From positions 1 through 64,000 of IMG/VR virus record IMGVR_UViG_3300042389_001739: 64,000 nt of DNA. One strand, given 5' to 3'. Of the stretch, positions 45,405 through 54,791 are shown in pieces. A program made the position numbers and the translations under genes. The notes below the pieces were generated by a model, which saw only the letters and a program-made list of their open reading frames with translations, searched no databases and had not been told where the DNA came from. The DNA is from a virus. Positions within the stretch are counted from its first letter, which is position 1, and every line of letters starts with the position of its first letter.

Positions 45405-47500
45405 TTGCGGATTTCTATGCTTTGTTCGAACACCTCTTGAAGATCATGCACATGCGTGATGATCACCATCTGTTGCTGTGTTCCCATTTTACTGGCCAAC
45501 TGCTGCAACGCGCTATGGAAGTATGTCACGTTATCGGCATCCAGGCCACTGGCGGGCTCGTCCAGGAACAGCATGCCGACGTCATGCCCGAACACACGAC
45601 CTAACGCGGTACGGAAAGCAACCGCCAGGATAACCTTCTGTCCACCTGAGAGTTGACTGGCCTTAACGGAGTATTGCCCGGGAAATGTGACCTGGAAAGT
45701 CAAATCCTGGTCTGCCTGCACGGTGAAGGGAGTACCGAACAATTCCAGATTCTCATTAACCCCTTGTACCAACAAGCCAAGATTAGCCTGGGCTACGGCT
45801 TTTGGTAAATTGCTCCAGTGAAATAAATTACCGGCTTCTTCCACAATTTTAAGCAACTCCTGAGTTTTTCTGTGTTTCTCCAGTCGCTTGCGCAACGTGT
45901 GCAAGTTGGCTTCAATACGCTGTTTTGTCTGCTCCAGTACCCGCAGTGCACCATCCAGCTGGTTAACGGCCGCCACGGCATCGTAATGAAGCTTTAAGCT
46001 GGAGGTGGCGCTTTCCAGCTCTCTTTTTGTCGGTCGCTGTTTAATTTTCTCCTGCTGTTTCTCTAGTTCAACGGTATTGTGCTGCAGGTCACTGGTGGTT
46101 TTGGCTTTTGTTTTTTCCAGCTGTGCAATTTCCGTGTTCACGGTGGCCAGCTCTTGTGTCAACTGCTGACGATTGTTTAGAAATTCTCGGGCTTTTGTGT
46201 CGGCACCAGGATCTTCTGCACCAACCAACACATCCAGCTGCGCCCGTATTTCGTTAATCCCGGCAGTCATACGATTGACTTGCGTGTCGTAAGCCGCCTT
46301 TTCTTTGTCGTAGCTTTGCGAAAATTGCACTCGCTGCTTCAGTGCATCGAACTCCTGCTGGGTGGTTTCAATTTCCTTGAGCAGTTTCTTTCTGTGTTTT
46401 TCCGAAATTTCCTGCTGACAATACCGGCAAACCGAATCAGCCAGACTTTCGGGCTCGGCAGCTTCCAGGATAGCGCGTAGTTCGCTTAACCGCTGTGCCG
46501 CGGTCTCCCGCTCATCAGCTTTAAGATAAAGTTGCGAATCCATTGCAGGCGGGAGTAACGACTGAACGCAGTCCATCTTTTTCTGCATACTGTCAGTCAG
46601 TTCATTGATCTGGGCCTTGGCTCTACGGTAAGCCGCCACGGCATTGATCTTGGCATGCGCCAGTTCAACCTTGGGTAAAGTGCGTTCTAGTTGTGCCTGG
46701 ATCTGCCCGCAACGCCCGTACAAACTTAACCCGGAAGTTTCAAGCTGATCCGCCTGAGACTTTAACAACTTAACCTTGGTTTGCTGTGCTTCAATCCCCT
46801 GCTCGGCGTCGCAGGCGACTTCTTCACGGCGGACAATCTTTTGTAAATTTACTACCGTATCGGGTGTTAAAATCTGCTTTTTAGACTCTTCTGCCTGCTC
46901 GCTTGTTTGCCGTATTTCTGTGTTAGTCTTTTCCAGGTCGTCGGTTAACTCAAGCGAGTTATCAACGATTTCAACGCCTTTTTGCTTGTTGACGTAATCG
47001 TTGCACACTTTATGGATTTGAGCCGCAATCTCTACACCACACAAATATTGGAACGTCTTCGCTCGTTCACTATCCCGTGCGTCGATAAAGTCAAACATTT
47101 TCCACTGGTCGACAAAGACGTATTTATCGATTACGGTTTTTGAAATGTTCAGCTCGGCGACAACGGCATCGTTAACGTCGTTTGCCTTTTCATAAGTTTT
47201 TCCTCCAATCTTGAACTCGTTGCGGTTCGGTCTTAACCAGCGTGTGAGTGTAAACTCCTGGTTACGATGTATGCCCGTTAGACGGATATAACTTTCACCG
47301 CTCGAGCCGTTGGTGATGATATCGGCTTTCGTGCCGCTAAACCGCCCGAAGTCGTTTGTGAGTGCCGCGTAAATACTGTTGACTAGCGTTGACTTACCGG
47401 CACCATTCGCGCCCGTCAAACCAATAAGCCCGCTCGCCAGTTCGACTACGAGTTGTCTATGGGGACCGATATTTTGAAGTTCGACTGTTCTGATTTGCAT
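45401..47500 (-). CDS. sbcC: SbcC/Rad50-like ATPase
   Basis: GANGAGKST, CRYC zinc hook, LSGGQ, FLDEP, IITH. Confidence 0.93.
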   Translation of the reverse strand: MQIRTVELQNIGPHRQLVVELASGLIGLTGANGAGKSTLVNSIYAALTNDFGRFSGTKADIITNGSSGESYIRLTGIHRNQEFTLTRWLRPNRNEFKIGGKTYEKANDVNDAVVAELNISKTVIDKYVFVDQWKMFDFIDARDSERAKTFQYLCGVEIAAQIHKVCNDYVNKQKGVEIVDNSLELTDDLEKTNTEIRQTSEQAEESKKQILTPDTVVNLQKIVRREEVACDAEQGIEAQQTKVKLLKSQADQLETSGLSLYGRCGQIQAQLERTLPKVELAHAKINAVAAYRRAKAQINELTDSMQKKMDCVQSLLPPAMDSQLYLKADERETAAQRLSELRAILEAAEPESLADSVCRYCQQEISEKHRKKLLKEIETTQQEFDALKQRVQFSQSYDKEKAAYDTQVNRMTAGINEIRAQLDVLVGAEDPGADTKAREFLNNRQQLTQELATVNTEIAQLEKTKAKTTSDLQHNTVELEKQQEKIKQRPTKRELESATSSLKLHYDAVAAVNQLDGALRVLEQTKQRIEANLHTLRKRLEKHRKTQELLKIVEEAGNLFHWSNLPKAVAQANLGLLVQGVNENLELFGTPFTVQADQDLTFQVTFPGQYSVKASQLSGGQKVILAVAFRTALGRVFGHDVGMLFLDEPASGLDADNVTYFHSALQQLASKMGTQQQMVIITHVHDLQEVFEQSIEIRK

Positions 47501-48213
47501 TTTTTATACCTTAGAATGACTTCCCACTCCGCAACAATCGGGCGGGGAAATGAAAAGTTTGTAGGTTTTTTGCCCAGACTGGGATGATACTTTACAGTAT
47601 CCACCGGAGCATCAATTGGCACGATACGCGGATCTTCGATCGATACCATCTGCTGACCCGGCCGTACTATCAATTCGTAGGGCCGATCTTGGTTTTGCTT
47701 GGTCCAGCTCGAAATAGCCCGCCTGGCATCTTCCAGCAACCAACGCGTCGGATGCCCGGTCCAGTTTGTCCAGGTAAACCGACAACCCTGCCGAAGTAAC
47801 ACGCCTTCCCCGCAAATATCGTCTGGCTCAAAGCTGGGTAGCCGAAACCAGACGAGCTCTGTAGCGTTGGTCAGTGCCGTGTGGGTTACCATGTAAGCGT
47901 GATTTTTACTGGGCAGATGCTCCAGAAAGTGCCACGATAAGTAAACATTGCCGGGCGGTAGCTGTTTAAGCTGGCGTTCATCACTGCAGTCGATAAGTTC
48001 AAAGCAGTACCCTTTATCCGTCACGATGCGTCGATAATTTTCTGCTTGGGGTCTTTCAACCCCCAGGCAGCGGTGCGGTAACCAAAGATCGTTTGACCGC
48101 TCCGGCAAGGTCAGGGCGAGACCGCGTTTACGAAACTCGTCGATGGCGTTGCCGTGTTTTGTGCCTAAGTCCACGACGTCATAGGTTACGGTTTTGCGTT
48201 TTCCTCTACCCAT
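47446..48213 (-). CDS. Class I SAM-dependent methyltransferase-like protein
   Basis: VVDLGTKHG, SWHFLEHLP. Confidence 0.65.
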   Translation of the reverse strand: MGRGKRKTVTYDVVDLGTKHGNAIDEFRKRGLALTLPERSNDLWLPHRCLGVERPQAENYRRIVTDKGYCFELIDCSDERQLKQLPPGNVYLSWHFLEHLPSKNHAYMVTHTALTNATELVWFRLPSFEPDDICGEGVLLRQGCRFTWTNWTGHPTRWLLEDARRAISSWTKQNQDRPYELIVRPGQQMVSIEDPRIVPIDAPVDTVKYHPSLGKKPTNFSFPRPIVAEWEVILRYKKCKSEQSNFKISVPIDNS

Positions 48214-49370
48214 CGTCTCAGCGTTTGCTCCGGATCCGGGTTTTGCAAAAAAGCTACTGCCAATTTATTTGTAGCAGGTTGTACCACAAACGAATCAAGA
48301 CAGTCGAGTAGACCAACACGTTGATCGGTATCATAGCTTCCTTCCTCGGATAATTCATCCACCTGTTTTGCGCGTTTACACTTAAAGAACAGATGAGCCT
48401 GCTCGTGAAAAGTACGTTTCCAGTCTTCTACGATACTTTCTTCACCTTCCCGGTAAGTCAACTCAATTAAGGGCATGTGGAGTTCGGGAGGTAAATTCAC
48501 AGAATACGCGGAGGCTTTCTGTAACTCCGCTTCCGTGTTTGTCCGCAGCCGAAGCTGTTTTTGTAAATCCAGCTCATCAAGGGCGGCAAAATCCAGTTCA
48601 GCAACCGTAGGCACAGTTAACCGAATACATTGCCGCGAAAATAACTGATGGCTTCTCACGGTAAACTCGTGGTTATCCCCCAGAGTCAGCAACAAACAAA
48701 AATGGTTTTCAGGTTCGGCGATTGATCGCATATGTGTGCTGCCGGGAGACAACACCATAAAAGGAATTTCGTCTGTTGCCTGCAACACTTTCGATTCGTG
48801 AAAATCACCAGTAATCAAAATTTTTACATTATCCGGTACGTCGGAAAACGCGGCCTGTGGTCGAGCAAGCTCGCCCATAAAGTCCTGCCACACCTGATGG
48901 CAAACTAAAACATCAGCTGACTTGGCCAAGTCAGACTGTAAGAATACCTGAAAATTTTCCTGATTTTGATAATCACAGCCTACCAGATTCCAGCCGTTGG
49001 CTGTGGTATGTCGGCTTTCGTGCAGCCAGTGAGTCTCAGGCACCAGCTGCATCCAGGGCACGTTTTGATATTCGTGCTGACCTTGGTTGTATAGCACATC
49101 GATGCCGTGCTGCTGCAGCTGCTGGACTCCTTCCACCAGTTTCTGCACCGGCAACGACACATTACTCTGCTTGTCCAGAATATCGCCAGCCAGGATCACA
49201 CCGTGTGCCTTAGCCGCGATGGCCGCCGCCACAATCTGCTGCCAGGCAAAAAAAGAATCGCCCTCTATCGGTCGATGCCGCCAAACCCGCGTGGATAAAT
49301 GCAAGTCGCTGGCTACAATGTAGCGGCGACGATTTTCCGGAGAAACAAAAGAACCAGTCTTTATAGCCAT
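48186..49370 (-). CDS. sbcD: SbcD/Mre11-like metallophosphoesterase nuclease
   Basis: SDLH, AGDILD, GQHE, CHQ, GDFH, PGS. Confidence 0.9.
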   Translation of the reverse strand: MAIKTGSFVSPENRRRYIVASDLHLSTRVWRHRPIEGDSFFAWQQIVAAAIAAKAHGVILAGDILDKQSNVSLPVQKLVEGVQQLQQHGIDVLYNQGQHEYQNVPWMQLVPETHWLHESRHTTANGWNLVGCDYQNQENFQVFLQSDLAKSADVLVCHQVWQDFMGELARPQAAFSDVPDNVKILITGDFHESKVLQATDEIPFMVLSPGSTHMRSIAEPENHFCLLLTLGDNHEFTVRSHQLFSRQCIRLTVPTVAELDFAALDELDLQKQLRLRTNTEAELQKASAYSVNLPPELHMPLIELTYREGEESIVEDWKRTFHEQAHLFFKCKRAKQVDELSEEGSYDTDQRVGLLDCLDSFVVQPATNKLAVAFLQNPDPEQTLRRWVEENAKP

Positions 49371-49392
49371 ATCTACCTTTCAGGGGTTTCGC

Positions 49393-49794
49393 ATGCAGCC
49401 TATCCACATGCCAATTTGCGAAGTTTGTGATCGCTATACAATCGCGCTGCTAAAGCACGAACGCCTGGCCGATACCGAAATTGACAAAACTCAGCTGTTG
49501 CGTCAAATCACATACTACCGGGCAGGCATTAATTTGGAGTGCGCTAAATTACAACAACTGGTCGAAAATTTAAAGCACATCAATGGTGAAATCTGGGACG
49601 CGGAAAGTGCTATTCGGCAGGGACAGGATGCCAGACTAGGACTGGAAGAGATTGGCCGACGCGCACTAAAAATCCGGAATTTAAACCGCATTCGCGTGCA
49701 GGTTAAAAACCAGATCACCCGGCTCGTCGGCCAACCAGAATTTACAGACTGCAAGATGAATCACGCATCCGCAGACTTTGCTCCGGACGCTTGA
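49393..49794 (+). CDS. Helical hypothetical protein (DUF6165-like), lone plus-strand gene
   Basis: CDRYTIALLK...LKHINGEIWDAESAIR...NRIRVQVKNQI. Confidence 0.75.
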   Translation: MQPIHMPICEVCDRYTIALLKHERLADTEIDKTQLLRQITYYRAGINLECAKLQQLVENLKHINGEIWDAESAIRQGQDARLGLEEIGRRALKIRNLNRIRVQVKNQITRLVGQPEFTDCKMNHASADFAPDA

Positions 49795-50025
49795 TCAGCA
49801 ATACGACGACGTGTCGATCGGCGTATCCATGTTGATGATATTCAGAGGCGGATCAAGCAGAAAGTCGTAAATAGGCGTCTGTTGCAGTGGGCCTGGGTCA
49901 GGTTCGCGTTCGCCCTTCGGATCGAAAACAACAACCGAAGGGGCGTAAGGGTAAGTGATAATCGCCGGAACCGCACGATTGTCTAAATTCTCTACAGTTG
50001 GCTGGATGTTGCGAGACTTGCGCAT
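49795..50025 (-). CDS. Small protein with LEPRxLL/Planctomycete-extracellular-like N-terminal motif
   Basis: MRKSRNIQPTVENLDNRAVPA; start at 50025 with GGAG RBS. Confidence 0.6.
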   Translation of the reverse strand: MRKSRNIQPTVENLDNRAVPAIITYPYAPSVVVFDPKGEREPDPGPLQQTPIYDFLLDPPLNIINMDTPIDTSSYC

Positions 50026-50044
50026 ATCAAACTCCACGTGTGGA

Positions 50045-50076
50045 AAAAGAAAACTCAAACCACAGTGGTTTGAGTT
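50045..50076 (-). terminator. Rho-independent terminator
   Basis: AACTCAAACCAC-A-GTGGTTTGAGTT with T-rich tail on minus. Confidence 0.55.
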
Positions 50077-50088
50077 GTTAAAATCTAC

Positions 50089-50337
50089 TTAATTTGGCGT
50101 ATTAGCTTTTTCAAGGTCTTCGCTAATTTGCGCCAAATTAAGAACAGATACGCCTAGATTACGCCATTCGCTTGCCTTGGGAAGTTGGGGGAACTTGGGG
50201 CGAAGAATGGTAGCCTGTGTCTCTCTTCGACGACAGACCTCGGCAATTTGTTCCAAGACAGTTGTAATGCCCTGGTGCTCAATAATTTTTGTCAGCTGCT
50301 CGGTTGTGATTTCCGGAAGTTTTTCAGCGTAATGCAT
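50089..50337 (-). CDS. Hypothetical protein
   Basis: Stop/start overlap. Confidence 0.65.
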   Translation of the reverse strand: MHYAEKLPEITTEQLTKIIEHQGITTVLEQIAEVCRRRETQATILRPKFPQLPKASEWRNLGVSVLNLAQISEDLEKANTPN

Positions 50338-50894
50338 TATTTGTCCTCGTCAACGTCGTCAGGGGGTTCAAAATGAAAGTCAAAAGCATCCAACTCTTCG
50401 GCATCTACTATTTTAATATTTTCCGCCCCAAACATTTTCTGAAAGAACGAGATGATCTCTTTCTTTTTCGACTTTATCTGTTTCTCCGCGCGAGCTTCGC
50501 GTGTCTCGTGCGGCAGGAACGCCTGTGACAGTAGTGCCTCTCCGGCGTGGACCAGGTTAATTCGATGAAAAATAGCGGCATCAGAGCTCCACTCGTCCTG
50601 AGTTTCATAGTTACGAACGACCTCGTCGTGTCGTTCCCGAATGGCTCGCAAAATCGTATAGGACAAAAACATGTCCGGAACAGACAGGTTTAGGTAACGT
50701 TCCACGCTGTTAGGCCGCGGAACAAGTAGTGGAACAAACGGCGTATCCGGCGCGCCCAGACGTTCCGCTTCAATGTTTGCCCAGTCTCGCTGGTCTGCCA
50801 CCCAGTCATACAGCTCCAGCAGGCTGTTAAACAGCAGCGAAGGACTGGTGTTCTTACGGGGAAAGGGAGGGGAATAGATCGAATTGTCGTTCAA
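50337..50894 (-). CDS. Hypothetical protein
   Basis: AGGAG RBS, TTG start. Confidence 0.7.
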   Translation of the reverse strand: MNDNSIYSPPFPRKNTSPSLLFNSLLELYDWVADQRDWANIEAERLGAPDTPFVPLLVPRPNSVERYLNLSVPDMFLSYTILRAIRERHDEVVRNYETQDEWSSDAAIFHRINLVHAGEALLSQAFLPHETREARAEKQIKSKKKEIISFFQKMFGAENIKIVDAEELDAFDFHFEPPDDVDEDK

Positions 50895-50895
50895 G

Positions 50896-51684
50896 TTAAT
50901 CTCCTTTGTACTTGTTTACCCGGTACATCCGGGTTTTTTCTGTGAAATGGACCATTTGCTGGTAATGAATCAGACAATCCTGGTTAAGAATCACCAGCCA
51001 GTCCAGCTTACCAAGGTCAGTCAAGGCATCCAGTAGTGTCGTATCGCTTGCGTCCGAAAATATCTTGCTGGCCAGCGGCGGATAGAACTCAAAAGTATGA
51101 AAAACCTTCTGATCCGTTTTCGGTATAAGCTGCAAGCCACAATGTTGCAGCACCAACTCGCCTTTAAGATTAATCACCGGCGTCGCAAATTGCACCGTTA
51201 CGTGTGCCTTCAGCAAAACATGAGGACCTCTGCGAGAATCGAAAAAAGGCAACGATGCCCCAAGCGGCCAATGCCTCTTCCAGATCGCTATGCAACTGGC
51301 GTCACGCACATCAGCTGGAACCTGCATGATCGCATCATACATGGGCCTGATACGGCTGCGTACGTAACACCATGGGCACGTAAGAGGGCGATTGCACACC
51401 CGCGAGCGTGGTCTCATGTAAAAACCAAGCGGCGGACAGTGCATGCGGTACGTGTACTCCAGCCGCTTTTCCGGACTGCACTCTATCAACCGGTAATACT
51501 GCTGGCGTAAACGCTTCTGCAAGTGTGCTGCCTTGGTCAGGTCAGTCTTCTGGTGCGATTCATAATTCGCTGGCAGCACACATCGACGTACCAGGTCAAG
51601 GTCTAAGGATTCCTTTACTTTTAACAGCTTCGGCACGGTTTTAAGTGTCGGGTAGCTTGTGTCGAAATCAGGGGTTTTACCCAT
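50896..51684 (-). CDS. Zn-binding protein resembling the N-terminus of HUH Rep/IS91-type initiators
   Basis: HCPPLG...RVCNRPLTCPWCYVR; AAGGAG RBS; adjacent to the giant inverted repeat. Confidence 0.5.
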   Translation of the reverse strand: MGKTPDFDTSYPTLKTVPKLLKVKESLDLDLVRRCVLPANYESHQKTDLTKAAHLQKRLRQQYYRLIECSPEKRLEYTYRMHCPPLGFYMRPRSRVCNRPLTCPWCYVRSRIRPMYDAIMQVPADVRDASCIAIWKRHWPLGASLPFFDSRRGPHVLLKAHVTVQFATPVINLKGELVLQHCGLQLIPKTDQKVFHTFEFYPPLASKIFSDASDTTLLDALTDLGKLDWLVILNQDCLIHYQQMVHFTEKTRMYRVNKYKGD

Positions 51685-51781
51685 TGAAATCTCCTTCGGT
51701 TATAACGGGGGTGCTAAACCGCAAAATCGTAGCAAAATTAACTGTTGTTTAAAATAGTTGGTAACTTTATCAAACATAAGC

Positions 51782-52137
51782 GTTTATAAAAAATATCAAT
51801 TTTGTTGAGATAAAGTTACGTTACTGCTGTCTTTTTCCTACGGAAAAGACAGAATGTAAGGCTTTTAAGAGCCTTACATATGTTCAGTATAAAAAGATAA
51901 ATTAAAATAGATTATTAACTATTCACGGCGGCCCTACTGGGCTAGTCGCAGCTAACTTGGTTGTTTGCTCTGATTAACCCCACAGGGCACGCCGTAAATA
52001 GATGGTTCTTTATTTGTTTTTATTTTTATTAAAACATAACAAGCGTTTCTATCAAACGCTTGTATTCTATCTTTTCCGTAGGAAAAAGATAGCAGTAACG
52101 TAACTTTATCTCAACAAAATTGATATTTTCTATAAAC
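51782..52137. repeat. Giant AT-rich inverted repeat with nested hairpins (candidate replication origin)
   Basis: 74-bp arms at 51782-51855 and 52064-52137 with 3 mismatches, in the largest non-coding gap of the window. Confidence 0.85.
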
Positions 52138-52215
52138 TTTTTTGATTATGTAATTTAGCCGCTGTTTATCGCAACAGGTAAATTACAGAGCCTATCAGCT
52201 TAATTATGCGCGATG

Positions 52216-52497
52216 CTAGGTAGCATCAGGTGTACTTTGGCTGATCGCAGCTATCACCTGTTCTGGTAGTATGCTTTGAACTGTCACGTGCTTTTCTTCA
52301 TCTGCTATCTTGCCTTGCCCTGCAGCCTGGAGCGTATAGATCAAGGCTGCGCCCAGTAGTGCTAACGCCTTGATGTGCGACGGGTCAGGCACAGCACCAC
52401 CGTAGAGGTCCAGGTTGCACAGGCACCTGGTTTCGTCATCAACGTCGCTGAACTTGGCAAATACGTTCTCTGCCAGCTGGTAGTATTCACAACTCAT
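52216..52497 (-). CDS. Hypothetical protein
   Basis: 93-aa ORF. Confidence 0.6.
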   Translation of the reverse strand: MSCEYYQLAENVFAKFSDVDDETRCLCNLDLYGGAVPDPSHIKALALLGAALIYTLQAAGQGKIADEEKHVTVQSILPEQVIAAISQSTPDAT

Positions 52498-52537
52498 TCT
52501 TGCCCTGCTTTCTTTTAATTTTCTTTATCAGGCGTAA

Positions 52538-52900
52538 TCACGTTTCTAAATCTACCAAGCAATCAGGGCCTAACCCGTTTAATCTATCAATTACAGTCTG
52601 CATTTGTCTTTTTGTTTCTTCACGTTTTCTTTCTAACTGAACACTGGATAAAATTTGCAAGATGAACGCGGCTTTGACAAGAGAATGTTCGTTGTCACCC
52701 CAAGCCTCTAATTGTAGTTGAGCGTCAAAAATCTTAAACGCTTTGTCGCAACTTTTGAATAGTTCAGAACGTTTAATAAAGACTTTCTTTTCAAGCTTTA
52801 AGAGTTCTAGTTCACCTCTTACCCAAACCGTAGTGAAGTGCTTAAAGTCAAATACAGCGGAGTCAGGTTTTAATGCGTTTTCTTTTTTCTGTTTGTCCAT
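52538..52900 (-). CDS. Hypothetical protein
   Basis: 120-aa ORF. Confidence 0.6.
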   Translation of the reverse strand: MDKQKKENALKPDSAVFDFKHFTTVWVRGELELLKLEKKVFIKRSELFKSCDKAFKIFDAQLQLEAWGDNEHSLVKAAFILQILSSVQLERKREETKRQMQTVIDRLNGLGPDCLVDLET

Positions 52901-52946
52901 CGTGCAGACCTTTCATTAGCTATGGTCAGGTTTAATTTTCGATGCC

Positions 52947-53270
52947 TCAACGATAAAACGTTGCGTTAGGTAGTAGTTTTCTTATTTCGCTTTTCGCTTC
53001 GGCACGGTTATGCACCCGTACAAAAACGCGTATTGTCTGGTCGGCGTTTGCAGCAACGTATACGGTTGGTGTACTTACCCAATTTCTTGCGCTATTAAAT
53101 CCCCAAATTGGTCCACCCCAGTAAGCGCCGCCTTCGTCGTAGTCATGGTCATACCACCGAATCTTTTGTAAATAAAGCTTTACTGCTTTATTTGAGTCTT
53201 CAGGTAATTTACTTGGTCGCCCCATGGGCGCGCCAAGTTTAGAATCTACCTTCTCAAGAATTATTTTCAT
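52947..53270 (-). CDS. Conserved phage hypothetical protein (GAPMGR...YDxGGAYWG family)
   Basis: Recognisable motifs. Confidence 0.75.
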   Translation of the reverse strand: MKIILEKVDSKLGAPMGRPSKLPEDSNKAVKLYLQKIRWYDHDYDEGGAYWGGPIWGFNSARNWVSTPTVYVAANADQTIRVFVRVHNRAEAKSEIRKLLPNATFYR

Positions 53271-53286
53271 CTCGTTTGCCTGGTCT

Positions 53287-53514
53287 TCAATAGCTAATGT
53301 TAACTACCTGTTCGTACACTATTTCAGTATCAGGAGTTTTTTCAAAAAGCACTTCTTTCCATACGTCGTCGTTTTCTTTGTAGCGATACGCTTCTATTAC
53401 TTCAATTTTCCCTGCAGTCTTTCCGTTGGCTAACTCGTTATATCCCATGTTGACTACTACTCGCAACTTAGGGTCAAGCTTTGCCAAAGTGGCCATTACG
53501 CCTTCAACCGTCAT
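53287..53514 (-). CDS. Small phage hypothetical protein
   Basis: MTVEGVMATLAKLDPKLRVVV, a common phage N-terminal pattern. Confidence 0.65.
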   Translation of the reverse strand: MTVEGVMATLAKLDPKLRVVVNMGYNELANGKTAGKIEVIEAYRYKENDDVWKEVLFEKTPDTEIVYEQVVNISY

Positions 53515-53545
53515 ATTTTTTCTCTATTAACTAAGAGTGTGTATA

Positions 53546-53953
53546 TTACTGATCAGCCCAACAGCCGTTTTGTCTGCAAAAATTGGCAATTTCCTCTGGC
53601 CAAGGGCACCGAAAGTTCAAGCTTTTCACCCATGCTGCAAATTTTTCCATGTCCTCCCTTGCTGCATCAATTTTTTCCCTTGGTGGGTAATGAAAAACGA
53701 TATAATCGTCATCGATGCTGTTGATGGCCGCCCGTAGCCAATATTTTTTAGCTTCAAGATCTTCCTCAATGCCTCCGTGCACAAGCAATGCTGGACGCCC
53801 ATAGCTGAATATTAGACTCTGCGAATCGGGACGCAGCAGTCCGGAAAAGCGGTCTCCTGATATTTTTAACTGAAACAGTTCTGTGGCTGTTTCAATTCCG
53901 GTCGGCCAACTCAGTAAATTGTCTTCTGGTTTTGCCAGTATGATTTGGCTCAT
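53546..53953 (-). CDS. Hypothetical protein
   Basis: AAGGA RBS. Confidence 0.65.
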   Translation of the reverse strand: MSQIILAKPEDNLLSWPTGIETATELFQLKISGDRFSGLLRPDSQSLIFSYGRPALLVHGGIEEDLEAKKYWLRAAINSIDDDYIVFHYPPREKIDAAREDMEKFAAWVKSLNFRCPWPEEIANFCRQNGCWADQ

Positions 53954-54384
53954 GTTTTTCCTTTTTAACTAAACTCTGTCCAACCACAGGCTCAAACGCG
54001 ATCCTCGTTCGATCCCTTGGGTACTTGCGGTTACAAGATTTATCCTGGCCTGGGATGTTGTACCAGGTCAGGATGCACGCTGAAGCAGAGAGACTTCAGG
54101 CACCTGGGCTACCACCATACTTAACGTCTTTTGACTATATGGTGGATGGACAAGAGTGTTGTCTGCTTAACTGGTTAAAAGTTTACCAAGCTGATTCAGC
54201 GTTTCCACTGGTAAATTTAATTTTGCTATATTTTGCTTCAGCCACACTATTGTTTCTGGCTTGCTCGCGTCACAGCGTTCCCTCGGTATCTGTGGTAACG
54301 AGATTAACAACGATTGCAGTGCTGCCTGGTGGCGATGTTTTGCATTTTGCCTTTTATAGAAAACTGTTTCTTTTTCTTTTATAT

Positions 54385-54696
54385 TCATATTTCTTCTTTA
54401 ATTGGCAGTTTTAGCTCTACAAGGAGTTGTCTGCATTTTTTCATGGTAATTTCTCCCAGGTTAGGGATTTCCGCCAATTCGTTTAACGATACTTTGGTTA
54501 AATCACCAACCGTCAAAATTCCGTACTGTTCCAAGTTATTTGCTAACCGCACTGGAATACCGACGTCCGTTAACGAAACCGTGTGCCAGTATGCGATCCG
54601 CTGGTTTTCCCGGTCTGTTGCTGTGTAATACTTAGCCCAATAAGGCTCCGGTTTGCAACGCCTCTTGCGTTTGGCAGGGCCTCCATGCTCTTCCAT
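54385..54696 (-). CDS. Stand-alone RNA polymerase alpha-subunit C-terminal-domain-like protein
   Basis: SLTDVGIPVRLANNLEQYGILTVGDL...ELAEIPNLGEITM matches the alpha-CTD consensus (LSVRxxNxL...I.T.GDL...L..PN.G). Confidence 0.85.
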   Translation of the reverse strand: MEEHGGPAKRKRRCKPEPYWAKYYTATDRENQRIAYWHTVSLTDVGIPVRLANNLEQYGILTVGDLTKVSLNELAEIPNLGEITMKKCRQLLVELKLPIKEEI

Positions 54697-54791
54697 TTTT
54701 GTGTAATCTCGCAGTTAAAGCCTGCCCGGTTAGCGCTATGATACCAGGCTTGGGCCATAACGCCAGACCGGGTAGAGCTCGACCACAAGAT

